This document shows, in pieces, positions 8,187 to 16,767 of a stretch of DNA of 23,227 nt. Below the pieces are notes generated by a model. The model had not been told where the DNA came from, did no database searches, and saw only the letters and a program-made list of their open reading frames with translations. The DNA is from a virus (Duplodnaviria > Heunggongvirae > Uroviricota > Caudoviricetes). Position numbers and translations under genes: made by a program. Position 1 is the first letter of the stretch. Every line of letters starts with the position of its first letter. The stretch lies in IMG/VR virus record IMGVR_UViG_2565956617_000009. One strand, written 5' to 3'.

Positions 8187-9260
8187 TTACGCTCCCGGCT
8201 CTGCGGTCGCCTTAGCCGGTGTGGAGAAGTCACCGACCTTGATTTTTTCCACCAGACAACCGGCGGCGTAGTCTTCCACCACGTAATCAATGTTCATTGA
8301 CTCGTAGTTCTCCACGCGGTCGAGTTTCGGGTTTTCCTCAATCACGCGGCGATGGCTGTCATCCATGTAGTAGATGGACAGGTTTTCCAGCTTCGTGATG
8401 AGCATCGCATCCGCCGGGAAGTACGGGACGCGTACCGCCGGCAGGTTACCGATGCGTTTCTGGCTGATGATGACGTCAGCGGCCAGCATTTCGCTGTTGT
8501 CCTGCTCCTTGTTGACGATGGGGAAATACTTGTCCGCCAGTAACTGACGACCCACAATCACCACAAGGTCAGGGTCTTCCTGATACCACGGTTCAATCAG
8601 GTTGTTGGTCGCATCCATCACCAGTGCATCAAGGCTGGCATAATCACCACCCTTACCCACGCGGATGACCTCAGAGGTGGTGTGACCTTCCTCGTCAGTG
8701 ACCTTGCTCATCACGCGCGCCGGGGCTTCATTGCGGTATTTCTGCAGCCAGCCGACCGCCACATCCTGCAGCATCGGATTACTGTTGCGGTCAGAGGTTT
8801 CGGCACGCTTCACGCCGTTAAAACCGGCCATGATGAAATCAAGGGACTGGCGTTTGATAATGGCGTTACGGATACGGAGCTGGAAATCCTGATAACGCGC
8901 CCACAGGTCAAGCGTTTTATAGCGGATATAAAAATCGAAGTTGATCTGGTCGCATTCGTACTTGTTGGACTCCAGCTTCGAGAAGTCCTTCGGCTGACGC
9001 TCGGTGCCACCGGCGGTGTCGGTGGTGCTGGCAATGGAGCCGGTGACACCGACGCCAATTTTTTCCCCTTTCATTTCGCTGACCGGCACAATATTGATGC
9101 GGGTCAGAAAGTCGGAAGACTCCTGCATGGTGTTCATCAGGGTCTGGGTGACCGACGGTTCAACGGTGAATTTTTTCGACACATCACCGGCGTCGATGCC
9201 GTTCAGTTCGGCAACACGGGACAGGTAGGCATTAAATTTAAAGCGGGTTTCCTGGCGCAT
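8187..9260 (-). CDS. N: Major capsid protein gpN
   Basis: 357-aa ORF, same length as P2 gpN, between O and M. Confidence 0.9.
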   Translation of the reverse strand: MRQETRFKFNAYLSRVAELNGIDAGDVSKKFTVEPSVTQTLMNTMQESSDFLTRINIVPVSEMKGEKIGVGVTGSIASTTDTAGGTERQPKDFSKLESNKYECDQINFDFYIRYKTLDLWARYQDFQLRIRNAIIKRQSLDFIMAGFNGVKRAETSDRNSNPMLQDVAVGWLQKYRNEAPARVMSKVTDEEGHTTSEVIRVGKGGDYASLDALVMDATNNLIEPWYQEDPDLVVIVGRQLLADKYFPIVNKEQDNSEMLAADVIISQKRIGNLPAVRVPYFPADAMLITKLENLSIYYMDDSHRRVIEENPKLDRVENYESMNIDYVVEDYAAGCLVEKIKVGDFSTPAKATAEPGA

Positions 9261-9318
9261 AGTTTTTCCTGAAATTAAGGGTTAATCGTGAAGGTTTTCC
9301 CGGACTGACTGACGCCGG

Positions 9319-10173
9319 TCAGCAGTTCGTCATCAGGGCGTCACCGCCACCACCGGTGGCCTTGCTGCGGCGCTGCTGGGTCAGACTTTCGGTGTGGTCG
9401 AGACTGTTTTTCAGGCGGGTGAATGCCTGGCTGGTTTCATCCGCCCTGTCAGTCACATCCTGCTTAAGTGCGGAAAAAGCGGTTTCCATCTCAGCGAGGC
9501 GCTGCTCAGTGGCGCTCAGTTTTTCCTGCACATGTTCAGCAACAGCGGTCACCGCTTCATGCACGTCATTCAGACGGGCATCATCGCTGGCCTGTTTGCG
9601 GCCAAAAATGGACTTCACCTTTTCGGTCAGGGCGGTGAACACGGTTTCAGGCAGGTCTTCAAATTCCAGCTCAACGGGCGTTGCCACTGAAATCAGGTTT
9701 TCAGGGCTTAATTTGAAGCGGTTCAGGGGGTTGTGTTTTGCCGTGCGGCAGAATTCCAGGTATTCCGTGCCGAGGCTTGCCGGGTCATCGGTGACGGCCA
9801 GCCCCACCAGATAACATTTGCCGGTGTTGGCAAAGTTCGGCTGAATTTCCATTGAGGTATAGACCTTCTGCGCGGCCTTGTTCATCGCGATAAGGTCATC
9901 GGTCGGGGTGATTTTCGCAAACAGCGCCCATTTGCCTTTCAGCGCCGAATCATCGTCAATCTTTTCGGCCTTCAGTTCGGCCACATCGCCATAACGTTTA
10001 AAAATACCGTCAGGCAGGATGCCGCGCAGATGTTCCAGGTTAATACGGCAACCATAGACACGCGGGTCAAAGGTTTCGGCCATTTCCTGAATATCCTGCG
10101 CACTGATGACACGCCCGTCACAGGTGTCACCCTCAACGCCGATACGAAAGAATTTTGAGACTTTTTTTGCCAT
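9319..10173 (-). CDS. O: Capsid scaffolding protein gpO
   Basis: ORF trimmed to ATG at rc 10171..10173 (MAKKVSKFFRIGVEGDT...) giving 284 aa, the P2 gpO length. Divergent from P. Confidence 0.9.
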   Translation of the reverse strand: MAKKVSKFFRIGVEGDTCDGRVISAQDIQEMAETFDPRVYGCRINLEHLRGILPDGIFKRYGDVAELKAEKIDDDSALKGKWALFAKITPTDDLIAMNKAAQKVYTSMEIQPNFANTGKCYLVGLAVTDDPASLGTEYLEFCRTAKHNPLNRFKLSPENLISVATPVELEFEDLPETVFTALTEKVKSIFGRKQASDDARLNDVHEAVTAVAEHVQEKLSATEQRLAEMETAFSALKQDVTDRADETSQAFTRLKNSLDHTESLTQQRRSKATGGGGDALMTNC

Positions 10174-10346
10174 TGTCAGGAGTCCTGAATAGTGATTAGA
10201 GGAGTCACATGTCGGCATCAGTTTCCCGACGATGCGCATCCTCCGCCATCAGTCCCGGATGGCTTATCACTGACACAACAGCACCTTAGCGAATCGCGGG
10301 GCGCGACTCAGTAGCCTTGCCGTGTATTCATCACGGCGAGGTATTC
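10174..10346. promoter_or_regulatory. Divergent O/P intergenic region, expected to carry the activator-dependent late promoters
   Basis: 173-nt gap between divergent late operons, as in P2 where P_O and P_P lie here. I found no perfect TGT-N12-ACA dyad, only a near match TGG-N12-ACA at 10260..10277, so the exact promoter positions are not resolved. Confidence 0.4.
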
Positions 10347-12119
10347 ATGACCATCACCACAGACACCACTCTTTTACACGACCCGCGTCGTCAGGCGGCG
10401 CTGCTGTACTGGCAGGGATTTTCCGTGCCGCAGATTGCCGCCATGTTGCAGATGAAGCGCCCGACGGTGCAGAGCTGGAAACAGCGCGACGGCTGGGACA
10501 GCGTTGCTCCCATCAGCCGTGTCGAAATGAGTCTGGAAGCGCGGCTGACCCAGCTCATCATCAAACCGCAGAAAACCGGCGGTGACTTCAAGGAAATTGA
10601 CCTGCTCGGACGCCAGATTGAACGACTGGCGCGGGTCAACCGTTACAGCCAGACCGGCAACGAGGCAGACCTTAATCCGAACGTTGCTAACCGCAACAAA
10701 GGCGGGCGTCGCAAACCGAAAAAGAATTTTTTCAGTGACGAGGCCATCGAAAAGCTGGAGCAGATTTTCTTTGAGCAGTCTTTCGAATATCAGTTGCGCT
10801 GGTATCGCGCCGGGCTTGAGCACCGCATCCGCGATATCCTGAAATCCCGCCAGATTGGCGCGACGTTTTATTTTTCCCGCGAGGCGCTGCTGCGCGCCCT
10901 GAAAACCGGTCATAACCAGATTTTTCTGTCGGCCAGTAAAACGCAGGCGTATGTGTTCCGCGAATACATCATCGCCTTTGCCCGTCTGGTTGACGTTGAC
11001 CTGACCGGTGACCCGATTGTCCTGGGCAATAACGGCGCAAAACTAATTTTTCTCGGCACCAACTCCAACACCGCACAGAGCCATAACGGCGACCTGTACG
11101 TCGACGAGATTTTCTGGATCCCGAATTTTCAGGTACTGCGTAAGGTGGCATCAGGTATGGCCTCACAGAGTCACCTGCGTTCGACCTATTTCTCCACCCC
11201 GTCCACGCTGGCGCACGACGCCTACCCGTTCTGGTCAGGTGAACTGTTCAACCGGGGACGCGCCAGCGCCGCCGAACGCGTGGAAATCGACGTCAGTCAT
11301 AACGCCCTTGCCGGTGGGCTTCTCTGTGCGGACGGCCAGTGGCGGCAGATTGTCACCATTGAGGACGCCCTGAAAGGTGGCTGCACGCTGTTCGACATTG
11401 AGCAGCTCAAACGTGAAAACAGCGCCGACGATTTTAAAAACCTGTTCATGTGTGAATTTGTTGACGACAAGGCGTCGGTGTTCCCGTTCGAGGAGCTGCA
11501 ACGCTGCATGGTCGACACGCTGGAAGAATGGGAAGACTATGCGCCGTTTGCCGCCAATCCGTTCGGCTCCCGCCCGGTATGGATTGGTTACGACCCGTCA
11601 CACCGTGGCGACAGCGCCGGATGCGTGGTGCTGGCACCGCCGGTGGTGGCCGGTGGCAAATTCAGAATACTTGAGCGTCACCAGTGGAAAGGCATGGACT
11701 TTGCCACCCAGGCGGAATCCATCCGCAAACTCACCGAAAAATATAACGTTGAATACATCGGGATTGATGCCACCGGCCTCGGTGTCGGCGTGTTCCAGCT
11801 CGTGCGCTCGTTCTATCCCGCCGCGCGCGATATCCGCTACACGCCGGAAATGAAAACCGCAATGGTGCTCAAGGCAAAAGACGTTATCCGCCGTGGCTGT
11901 CTGGAATATGACGTCAGCGCCACCGACATCACCAGCTCGTTTATGGCTATCCGCAAGACCATGACCAGCAGCGGACGCAGCGCCACCTATGAGGCCAGCC
12001 GCAGCGAGGAAGCCAGCCACGCCGACCTCGCCTGGGCGACCATGCACGCCCTGTTAAATGAGCCACTCACCGCCGGTATCAGCACCCCGCTGACATCCAC
12101 CATTCTGGAGTTTTACTGA
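10347..12119 (+). CDS. P: Terminase large (ATPase) subunit gpP
   Basis: ORF 10317..12119 trimmed to ATG 10347 (MTITTDTTLLHDPRRQAALLYWQGF...) giving 590 aa, the P2 gpP length. GAGG lies 6 nt upstream. Confidence 0.9.
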   Translation: MTITTDTTLLHDPRRQAALLYWQGFSVPQIAAMLQMKRPTVQSWKQRDGWDSVAPISRVEMSLEARLTQLIIKPQKTGGDFKEIDLLGRQIERLARVNRYSQTGNEADLNPNVANRNKGGRRKPKKNFFSDEAIEKLEQIFFEQSFEYQLRWYRAGLEHRIRDILKSRQIGATFYFSREALLRALKTGHNQIFLSASKTQAYVFREYIIAFARLVDVDLTGDPIVLGNNGAKLIFLGTNSNTAQSHNGDLYVDEIFWIPNFQVLRKVASGMASQSHLRSTYFSTPSTLAHDAYPFWSGELFNRGRASAAERVEIDVSHNALAGGLLCADGQWRQIVTIEDALKGGCTLFDIEQLKRENSADDFKNLFMCEFVDDKASVFPFEELQRCMVDTLEEWEDYAPFAANPFGSRPVWIGYDPSHRGDSAGCVVLAPPVVAGGKFRILERHQWKGMDFATQAESIRKLTEKYNVEYIGIDATGLGVGVFQLVRSFYPAARDIRYTPEMKTAMVLKAKDVIRRGCLEYDVSATDITSSFMAIRKTMTSSGRSATYEASRSEEASHADLAWATMHALLNEPLTAGISTPLTSTILEFY

Positions 12120-13153
12120 TGAGCAAGAAAAAAGGGAAAATACCGCAACCTGCGGCAAAAAAAATGACCGCCAGCGCCCCGAAAATGGAGGCATTCACCT
12201 TTGGTGAGCCGGTGCCGGTACTCGACCGCCGTGACATTCTGGATTACGTCGAATGCATCAGTAACGGCAGATGGTATGAGCCGCCGGTCAGCTTTACCGG
12301 TCTGGCAAAAAGTCTGCGTGCTGCCGTGCATCACAGCTCACCGATTTACGTCAAACGTAATATTCTGGCCTCGACATTTATCCCGCATCCGTGGCTTTCC
12401 CAGCAGGATTTCAGCCGCTTTGTGCTGGATTTTCTGGTGTTCGGTAATGCGTTTCTGGAAAAGCGCTACAGCACCACCGGTAAGGTCATCAGACTGGAAA
12501 CCTCACCGGCAAAATATACCCGCCGTGGTGTTGAGGAGGATGTTTACTGGTGGGTGCCGTCCTTCAACGAGCCGACACCTTTCGCGCCCGGCTCCGTGTT
12601 TCATCTGCTGGAGCCGGATATTAATCAGGAGCTGTACGGCCTGCCGGAATATCTCAGCGCCCTTAACTCTGCCTGGCTGAATGAGTCGGCCACGCTGTTC
12701 CGCCGCAAGTATTACGAAAACGGCGCTCATGCCGGATATATCATGTACGTCACTGATGCCGTGCAGGACCGCAACGATATCGAAATGCTTCGCGAAAACA
12801 TGGTGAAGTCGAAAGGCCGCAACAACTTTAAAAACCTGTTTCTCTATGCCCCACAGGGGAAAGCCGACGGCATTAAAATTATCCCGCTCAGTGAAGTGGC
12901 GACGAAGGACGATTTTTTTAATATCAAAAAAGCCAGCGCCGCTGACCTGCTGGACGCGCACCGCATCCCCTTTCAGTTGATGGGCGGCAAGCCGGAGAAC
13001 GTCGGGTCGCTGGGTGATATTGAGAAAGTGGCAAAGGTCTTTGTCCGCAATGAGCTTATCCCGTTACAGGACAGGATCCGCGAGATAAACGGCTGGCTCG
13101 GTCAGGAGGTCATCCGCTTTAAAAACTACTCACTGGACACTGACAACGACTGA
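12119..13153 (+). CDS. Q: Portal (capsid vertex) protein gpQ
   Basis: 344-aa ORF, same length as P2 gpQ. Start overlaps the P stop (TGATG). Confidence 0.9.
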   Translation: MSKKKGKIPQPAAKKMTASAPKMEAFTFGEPVPVLDRRDILDYVECISNGRWYEPPVSFTGLAKSLRAAVHHSSPIYVKRNILASTFIPHPWLSQQDFSRFVLDFLVFGNAFLEKRYSTTGKVIRLETSPAKYTRRGVEEDVYWWVPSFNEPTPFAPGSVFHLLEPDINQELYGLPEYLSALNSAWLNESATLFRRKYYENGAHAGYIMYVTDAVQDRNDIEMLRENMVKSKGRNNFKNLFLYAPQGKADGIKIIPLSEVATKDDFFNIKKASAADLLDAHRIPFQLMGGKPENVGSLGDIEKVAKVFVRNELIPLQDRIREINGWLGQEVIRFKNYSLDTDND

Positions 13154-13158
13154 ACATC

Positions 13159-13180
13159 GCCGCCTGCGGGCGGCTTTTTT
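13159..13180 (+). terminator. Rho-independent terminator after Q
   Basis: GCCGCC (13159..13164), loop TGCG, GGCGGC (13169..13174), then TTTTTT (13175..13180), 6 nt after the Q stop. Confidence 0.6.
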
Positions 13181-13322
13181 ACCCCCCGTCATCACACCCT
13201 CACACGCTCACCACCGCACAAAACAGCCCGCAGACACACCAACGCCCCGGCAGGCCGACTAAATGCCATCACGACGCACTGAGACGCTGAAAAAATAAAA
13301 TCAGCACCACCGCCAGCGCGCA

Positions 13323-13341
13323 GTGCTTTCCCCGCCTCGCC
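13323..13341. other. cos site: 19-nt cohesive-end sequence of P2-type phages
   Basis: GTGCTTTCCCCGCCTCGCC on the plus strand is the reverse complement of GGCGAGGCGGGGAAAGCAC, which I recall as the P2 cohesive end. It lies downstream of Q where cos is expected. Confidence 0.8.
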
Positions 13342-13454
13342 CGCCCGCTTTATGGGTCGTTTTTAATGCAGTTGCATTGATAGCATAAGGGCGCGCCATT
13401 ACTGGCACACCTTTTCATCATCCTAGATAAAATTCTAATGCAATAGCAGGCAAC

Positions 13455-15467
13455 TTAATGCACTTGTTGCATTGTCTCTTGAGCTTTCTCACCCTCTGGA
13501 ATTTTTATCGTATTACTATTAATTAAAGCATGAATTCGCTTATCGTTAGGCGAACGTTCAACTAGATGATCTAAGAATTCTTGCCATTGACGTTTAGCTT
13601 CAGCAAGCAGATCACCCCAAGTAAGAGTTTCAAGTCCATCCTCTTTAAGCTTTCTAACCTTTTTTAAAAATGCAGGATTTTTCTTGGCTATTTTATCAGC
13701 AACCAAATAACCAGTAGCAGTATTAAATCTTGATCCCGTAGAGCTTTCAAGATGGCCACGAAATGTGTCTACATATGTCTCAAACCTAACTAAATGATCT
13801 AAATCAATCATTAACCCTGGACGCATAAACTCAAGGATTAGCAAATGCTCACCACTCGCTAAAACCAAATCAACTCGTCCATTAAAATCTTCATCCTTAT
13901 CAAGGCCTGAATCTTTAGCTGCTTCAGCAGCCAAATCTCCGACATTTCGCTCCTTAGCGAAGGTTTCCCACTTTGGTGATATTAACCATGGGTTATTCGC
14001 AATATAATCTCGCACTGCATTTTCTAATTCACGATTTTTTATTCGTGACTCAAGTCCTATTATTGTGTCCAGCTTTGCCTTTACAGATTCAGCTGTATGC
14101 AATGCTTGTATTGTATTAGCCTCGATAAGCATAGATAGCAATTTATCGCCATCCATATCGGGTACTTCTGCAACTTGCCTGATTAACTCCTTTAACCGAC
14201 CTCCTTCCCATGCAGTAAGAACAGAATTGGCTAACTCTTTGAATTGATTTGCATTTATTTGATTAATGCTAGCCAACTTCTTAAGGGCTGTCATAATGGT
14301 TTTTTTCTCGCTTGGAGCGAGTTTTTCAATTCTTGAACTAAAGTCAGAAACTTTGTCTTCTATCAGTTTCGTTTTTTCTTCAGCCCTCCGGTCTTTCCAT
14401 ATTTTTAATAAATTGCGAATACGAGCCTTCCCCCACTCTTCAAGAGTGGCTAAATGATGATGCCCCCAATTCAACCGTTGTCGCTCAGTTGAAATAACAT
14501 CCTCATCAAATTCATCAAGGTAGTCAGCTAATACTGCACCCGTCATATATTCTGGCCCATTCTGGCTAGGTAACCCTCCTGCCAAATTAAACATAAATGG
14601 TCTTTGGGCTAATTTCCCATGAGAAAATATTGAAATACCTTGTAATTCCTCTTCCTTTATAGTTTCTTTTAAGAAGAAAACTCTCCATTTTATTTGATGG
14701 TCACCGACCATTTCTGTTCCCCATCCATCTTTATCAATCTCAGTCAATCCTTTTGGTTTTTCATCTTGTTTGTAGTCCTTAGGAAAGGACATTTCTGACT
14801 TGCTAAGAAAGTCTTCTGTAGGGATTAACTTCCCATCAATGCTCACATAAAAATCTGCTGCGGCAGCATTTACAGAGAAACGGCGAGCCATAGATGTTGC
14901 AAAAAAATCAGCTGAAATCAGGCGCTGAATTTTCAAACAAGTTAACTTAATTGTTGTACCATGTGCTTTTTTTAATTCATTGTTAGGTTCAACTCTCTCA
15001 ATCACATCGATGGTAAGTTTCGATGTATTGATATAATCATCATTTGATGAATCACGAATTTTATCAATATCTAGTACAAATGATGTTTTCTCGCCAGTAT
15101 CCTTACTAATAGTTGTTACTGTTATAACTGATGCAATACCAAAACCAGCAAATTTTCCAATTCCTTTTCTTCCCATCAGTGGACGTTTTAAATCACGGGA
15201 AAGCGTTTTTGCATTATTTTTACGCTTATCATACCCCACTGTCAGAAACTTATTCTGACATTCCTCTAGGGTCATTCCGATACCATTATCTTGAATCGTA
15301 ATTGAGAAATCGTCATGCGTAGGAAGAGTAATTTTCACCTCAGTTGCATCAGCATCCCAGGAGTTAGAAACCATTTCAGCAATAGCAGCTGTTGGACTTT
15401 GATACATTTGTATGCCCAAATGATCAATTATTCTTCCGTGGAAACTTAAAAATAAAGATTTTTCCAT
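13455..15467 (-). CDS. GHKL-superfamily (Bergerat-fold, MORC/MutL/Hsp90-like HATPase) ATPase, 670 aa, with an uncharacterised C-terminal region; candidate effector of a methyltransferase-linked system
   Basis: Motifs read from the translation: N-box EMVSNSWDA (nt 15351..15377), G1 box DNGIGM (15273..15290), G2 box GRKGIGKFAGFG (15138..15173), then GTTIKL. ATG at rc 15465..15467 lies 4 nt after the methyltransferase stop, with AGGA about 9 nt upstream. Strongly AT-rich. Confidence 0.85.
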   Translation of the reverse strand: MEKSLFLSFHGRIIDHLGIQMYQSPTAAIAEMVSNSWDADATEVKITLPTHDDFSITIQDNGIGMTLEECQNKFLTVGYDKRKNNAKTLSRDLKRPLMGRKGIGKFAGFGIASVITVTTISKDTGEKTSFVLDIDKIRDSSNDDYINTSKLTIDVIERVEPNNELKKAHGTTIKLTCLKIQRLISADFFATSMARRFSVNAAAADFYVSIDGKLIPTEDFLSKSEMSFPKDYKQDEKPKGLTEIDKDGWGTEMVGDHQIKWRVFFLKETIKEEELQGISIFSHGKLAQRPFMFNLAGGLPSQNGPEYMTGAVLADYLDEFDEDVISTERQRLNWGHHHLATLEEWGKARIRNLLKIWKDRRAEEKTKLIEDKVSDFSSRIEKLAPSEKKTIMTALKKLASINQINANQFKELANSVLTAWEGGRLKELIRQVAEVPDMDGDKLLSMLIEANTIQALHTAESVKAKLDTIIGLESRIKNRELENAVRDYIANNPWLISPKWETFAKERNVGDLAAEAAKDSGLDKDEDFNGRVDLVLASGEHLLILEFMRPGLMIDLDHLVRFETYVDTFRGHLESSTGSRFNTATGYLVADKIAKKNPAFLKKVRKLKEDGLETLTWGDLLAEAKRQWQEFLDHLVERSPNDKRIHALINSNTIKIPEGEKAQETMQQVH

Positions 15468-15471
15468 TTGC

Positions 15472-16500
15472 TTATCCTAATTCAATAAGATGTTTTTTTA
15501 TTACCTCTGCATGACGCTTGATAAATTCTGGAGGTAACGCATTACCAATCATAAGAGCTGCTCTATCTTTACCATACTTGATTGGAAAGTAATAATCCTT
15601 CGGAAAAGTTTGCAATAGAGCGGCCTCCCGCAAAGTGATCGCTCTATCTTGTACAGGATGAAGGAATCGTCCTTTAGATGGATTAGTGCAACCACTTGTT
15701 ATTGTTGGGGATACATCATCCCATTTCATGCGCCCATAAACATCCCTAAATCCATTTGGATATTTTTTATGGCACGGTAGCCAGTATTCATATGGTAAGT
15801 CAGAACGACTACCACCATCTTTTGGCACTAGCTTTATTATATTCATGACTTTTTCAGAGCGATTTTCTTTTATATTATGCAAAAAGTCATCACTATATTG
15901 AGGTAATGGTAAATCTCCAATTACATCCTTAACAGTTACTTTTTTGCTATTTTTTTTCGCTCTTGGTAAATATCCTAATCTTGAAGCCAACATTACCATA
16001 CGCCGCCGTCTCTGTGGCACTCCATAGTTAGAAGCATCTTCAATCGCAACAGAGGTTGAATCAATGAAATACCCTAACTGTTTCAATTCATCGCAAAAAA
16101 TTTTCATGCGATAATCTTTAGCTAATGCGGGCACATTTTCCAACATTACTACTTTAGGAAGAAAGTATTTAACAAATTCCAAAAACGAAAATATTAAATC
16201 ATTCCGTTCATCGGTAACCGAAGAATATTTATTCCTCGTTCTTAAGCTTGAAAAACCCTGACATGGAGGACATCCTGCAAGCAAGTCAAGTTGCCCTTGC
16301 TGGAGACCAAGTTCAATCATGATTTTTTTGGGGGACAACTCCCTTATGTCTCCCGTATACAATGATACATCAGGATGATTCTGCATATAGGTTTCAGAAA
16401 CAATAGGCTCCTTTTCGACTGCTGATATAACGTCAAAGCCAGCCATCTTAAGACCAACTGTCAGGCCACCTGCGCCGCAGAAGAGATCTATCGCTTTCAT
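15472..16500 (-). CDS. DNA (cytosine-5)-methyltransferase, 342 aa
   Basis: Canonical C5-MTase motifs: motif I FCGAGG (16465..16482), catalytic PCQ in GCPPCQGFS (Cys codon 16261..16263), motif VI ENV (16132..16140), motif VIII QRRRR, C-terminal GNALPP. AAGGA lies just upstream of the ATG at rc 16498..16500. AT-rich. Confidence 0.9.
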   Translation of the reverse strand: MKAIDLFCGAGGLTVGLKMAGFDVISAVEKEPIVSETYMQNHPDVSLYTGDIRELSPKKIMIELGLQQGQLDLLAGCPPCQGFSSLRTRNKYSSVTDERNDLIFSFLEFVKYFLPKVVMLENVPALAKDYRMKIFCDELKQLGYFIDSTSVAIEDASNYGVPQRRRRMVMLASRLGYLPRAKKNSKKVTVKDVIGDLPLPQYSDDFLHNIKENRSEKVMNIIKLVPKDGGSRSDLPYEYWLPCHKKYPNGFRDVYGRMKWDDVSPTITSGCTNPSKGRFLHPVQDRAITLREAALLQTFPKDYYFPIKYGKDRAALMIGNALPPEFIKRHAEVIKKHLIELG

Positions 16501-16551
16501 AAAATCCTTAACAAACCTAAACCAATATATAACATTGAAAAATATTGGATG

Positions 16552-16580
16552 AGTATAAATGACTCTCCATGTCGCAGCAA
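16552..16580 (-). promoter_or_regulatory. Candidate sigma70-type promoter for the methyltransferase-ATPase operon
   Basis: On the minus strand TTGCTG (-35, plus coords 16575..16580), a 17-nt spacer, then TATACT (-10, 16552..16557), about 50 nt upstream of the methyltransferase ATG in an AT-rich leader. Confidence 0.3.
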
Positions 16581-16767
16581 AAGTATATTTGTGAAAGACA
16601 GCTCAGATAGGAGCAGAGCACCAAACATATCGGATTGTCGATGCATGAACGAGGAATCACCATTTCTCTAATACATACTCTAACTCTGAAGAGTAAGTTC
16701 TTGTGTATGTTCATTTCACTTCCAGAGCCAATGCTACTCAACCTCATCAGCCCTGAAAGCAAAAGAT

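Noticed and set aside
8682-9272. 196-aa plus-strand ORF
   Set aside because: Antisense to major capsid gene N.
9261-9318. Possible terminator between O and N
   Set aside because: Only a 4-bp CCGG stem with no T-run; O and N are probably co-transcribed.
10374-10913. 179-aa minus-strand ORF
   Set aside because: Antisense to terminase large subunit P.
11598-12047. 149-aa minus-strand ORF
   Set aside because: Antisense to P; Gly/Ala-rich artefact.
12503-12961. 152-aa minus-strand ORF
   Set aside because: Antisense to portal gene Q.
13457-13473. Short hairpin AATGCA-cttgt-TGCATT near the GHKL stop
   Set aside because: It lies at the very end of the coding sequence, is AT-rich and weak, and has no following T-run; not a convincing terminator.
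14065-14457. Two 60 to 63-aa plus-strand ORFs
   Set aside because: Antisense to the GHKL ATPase gene, whose frame is supported by four ordered ATPase motifs.
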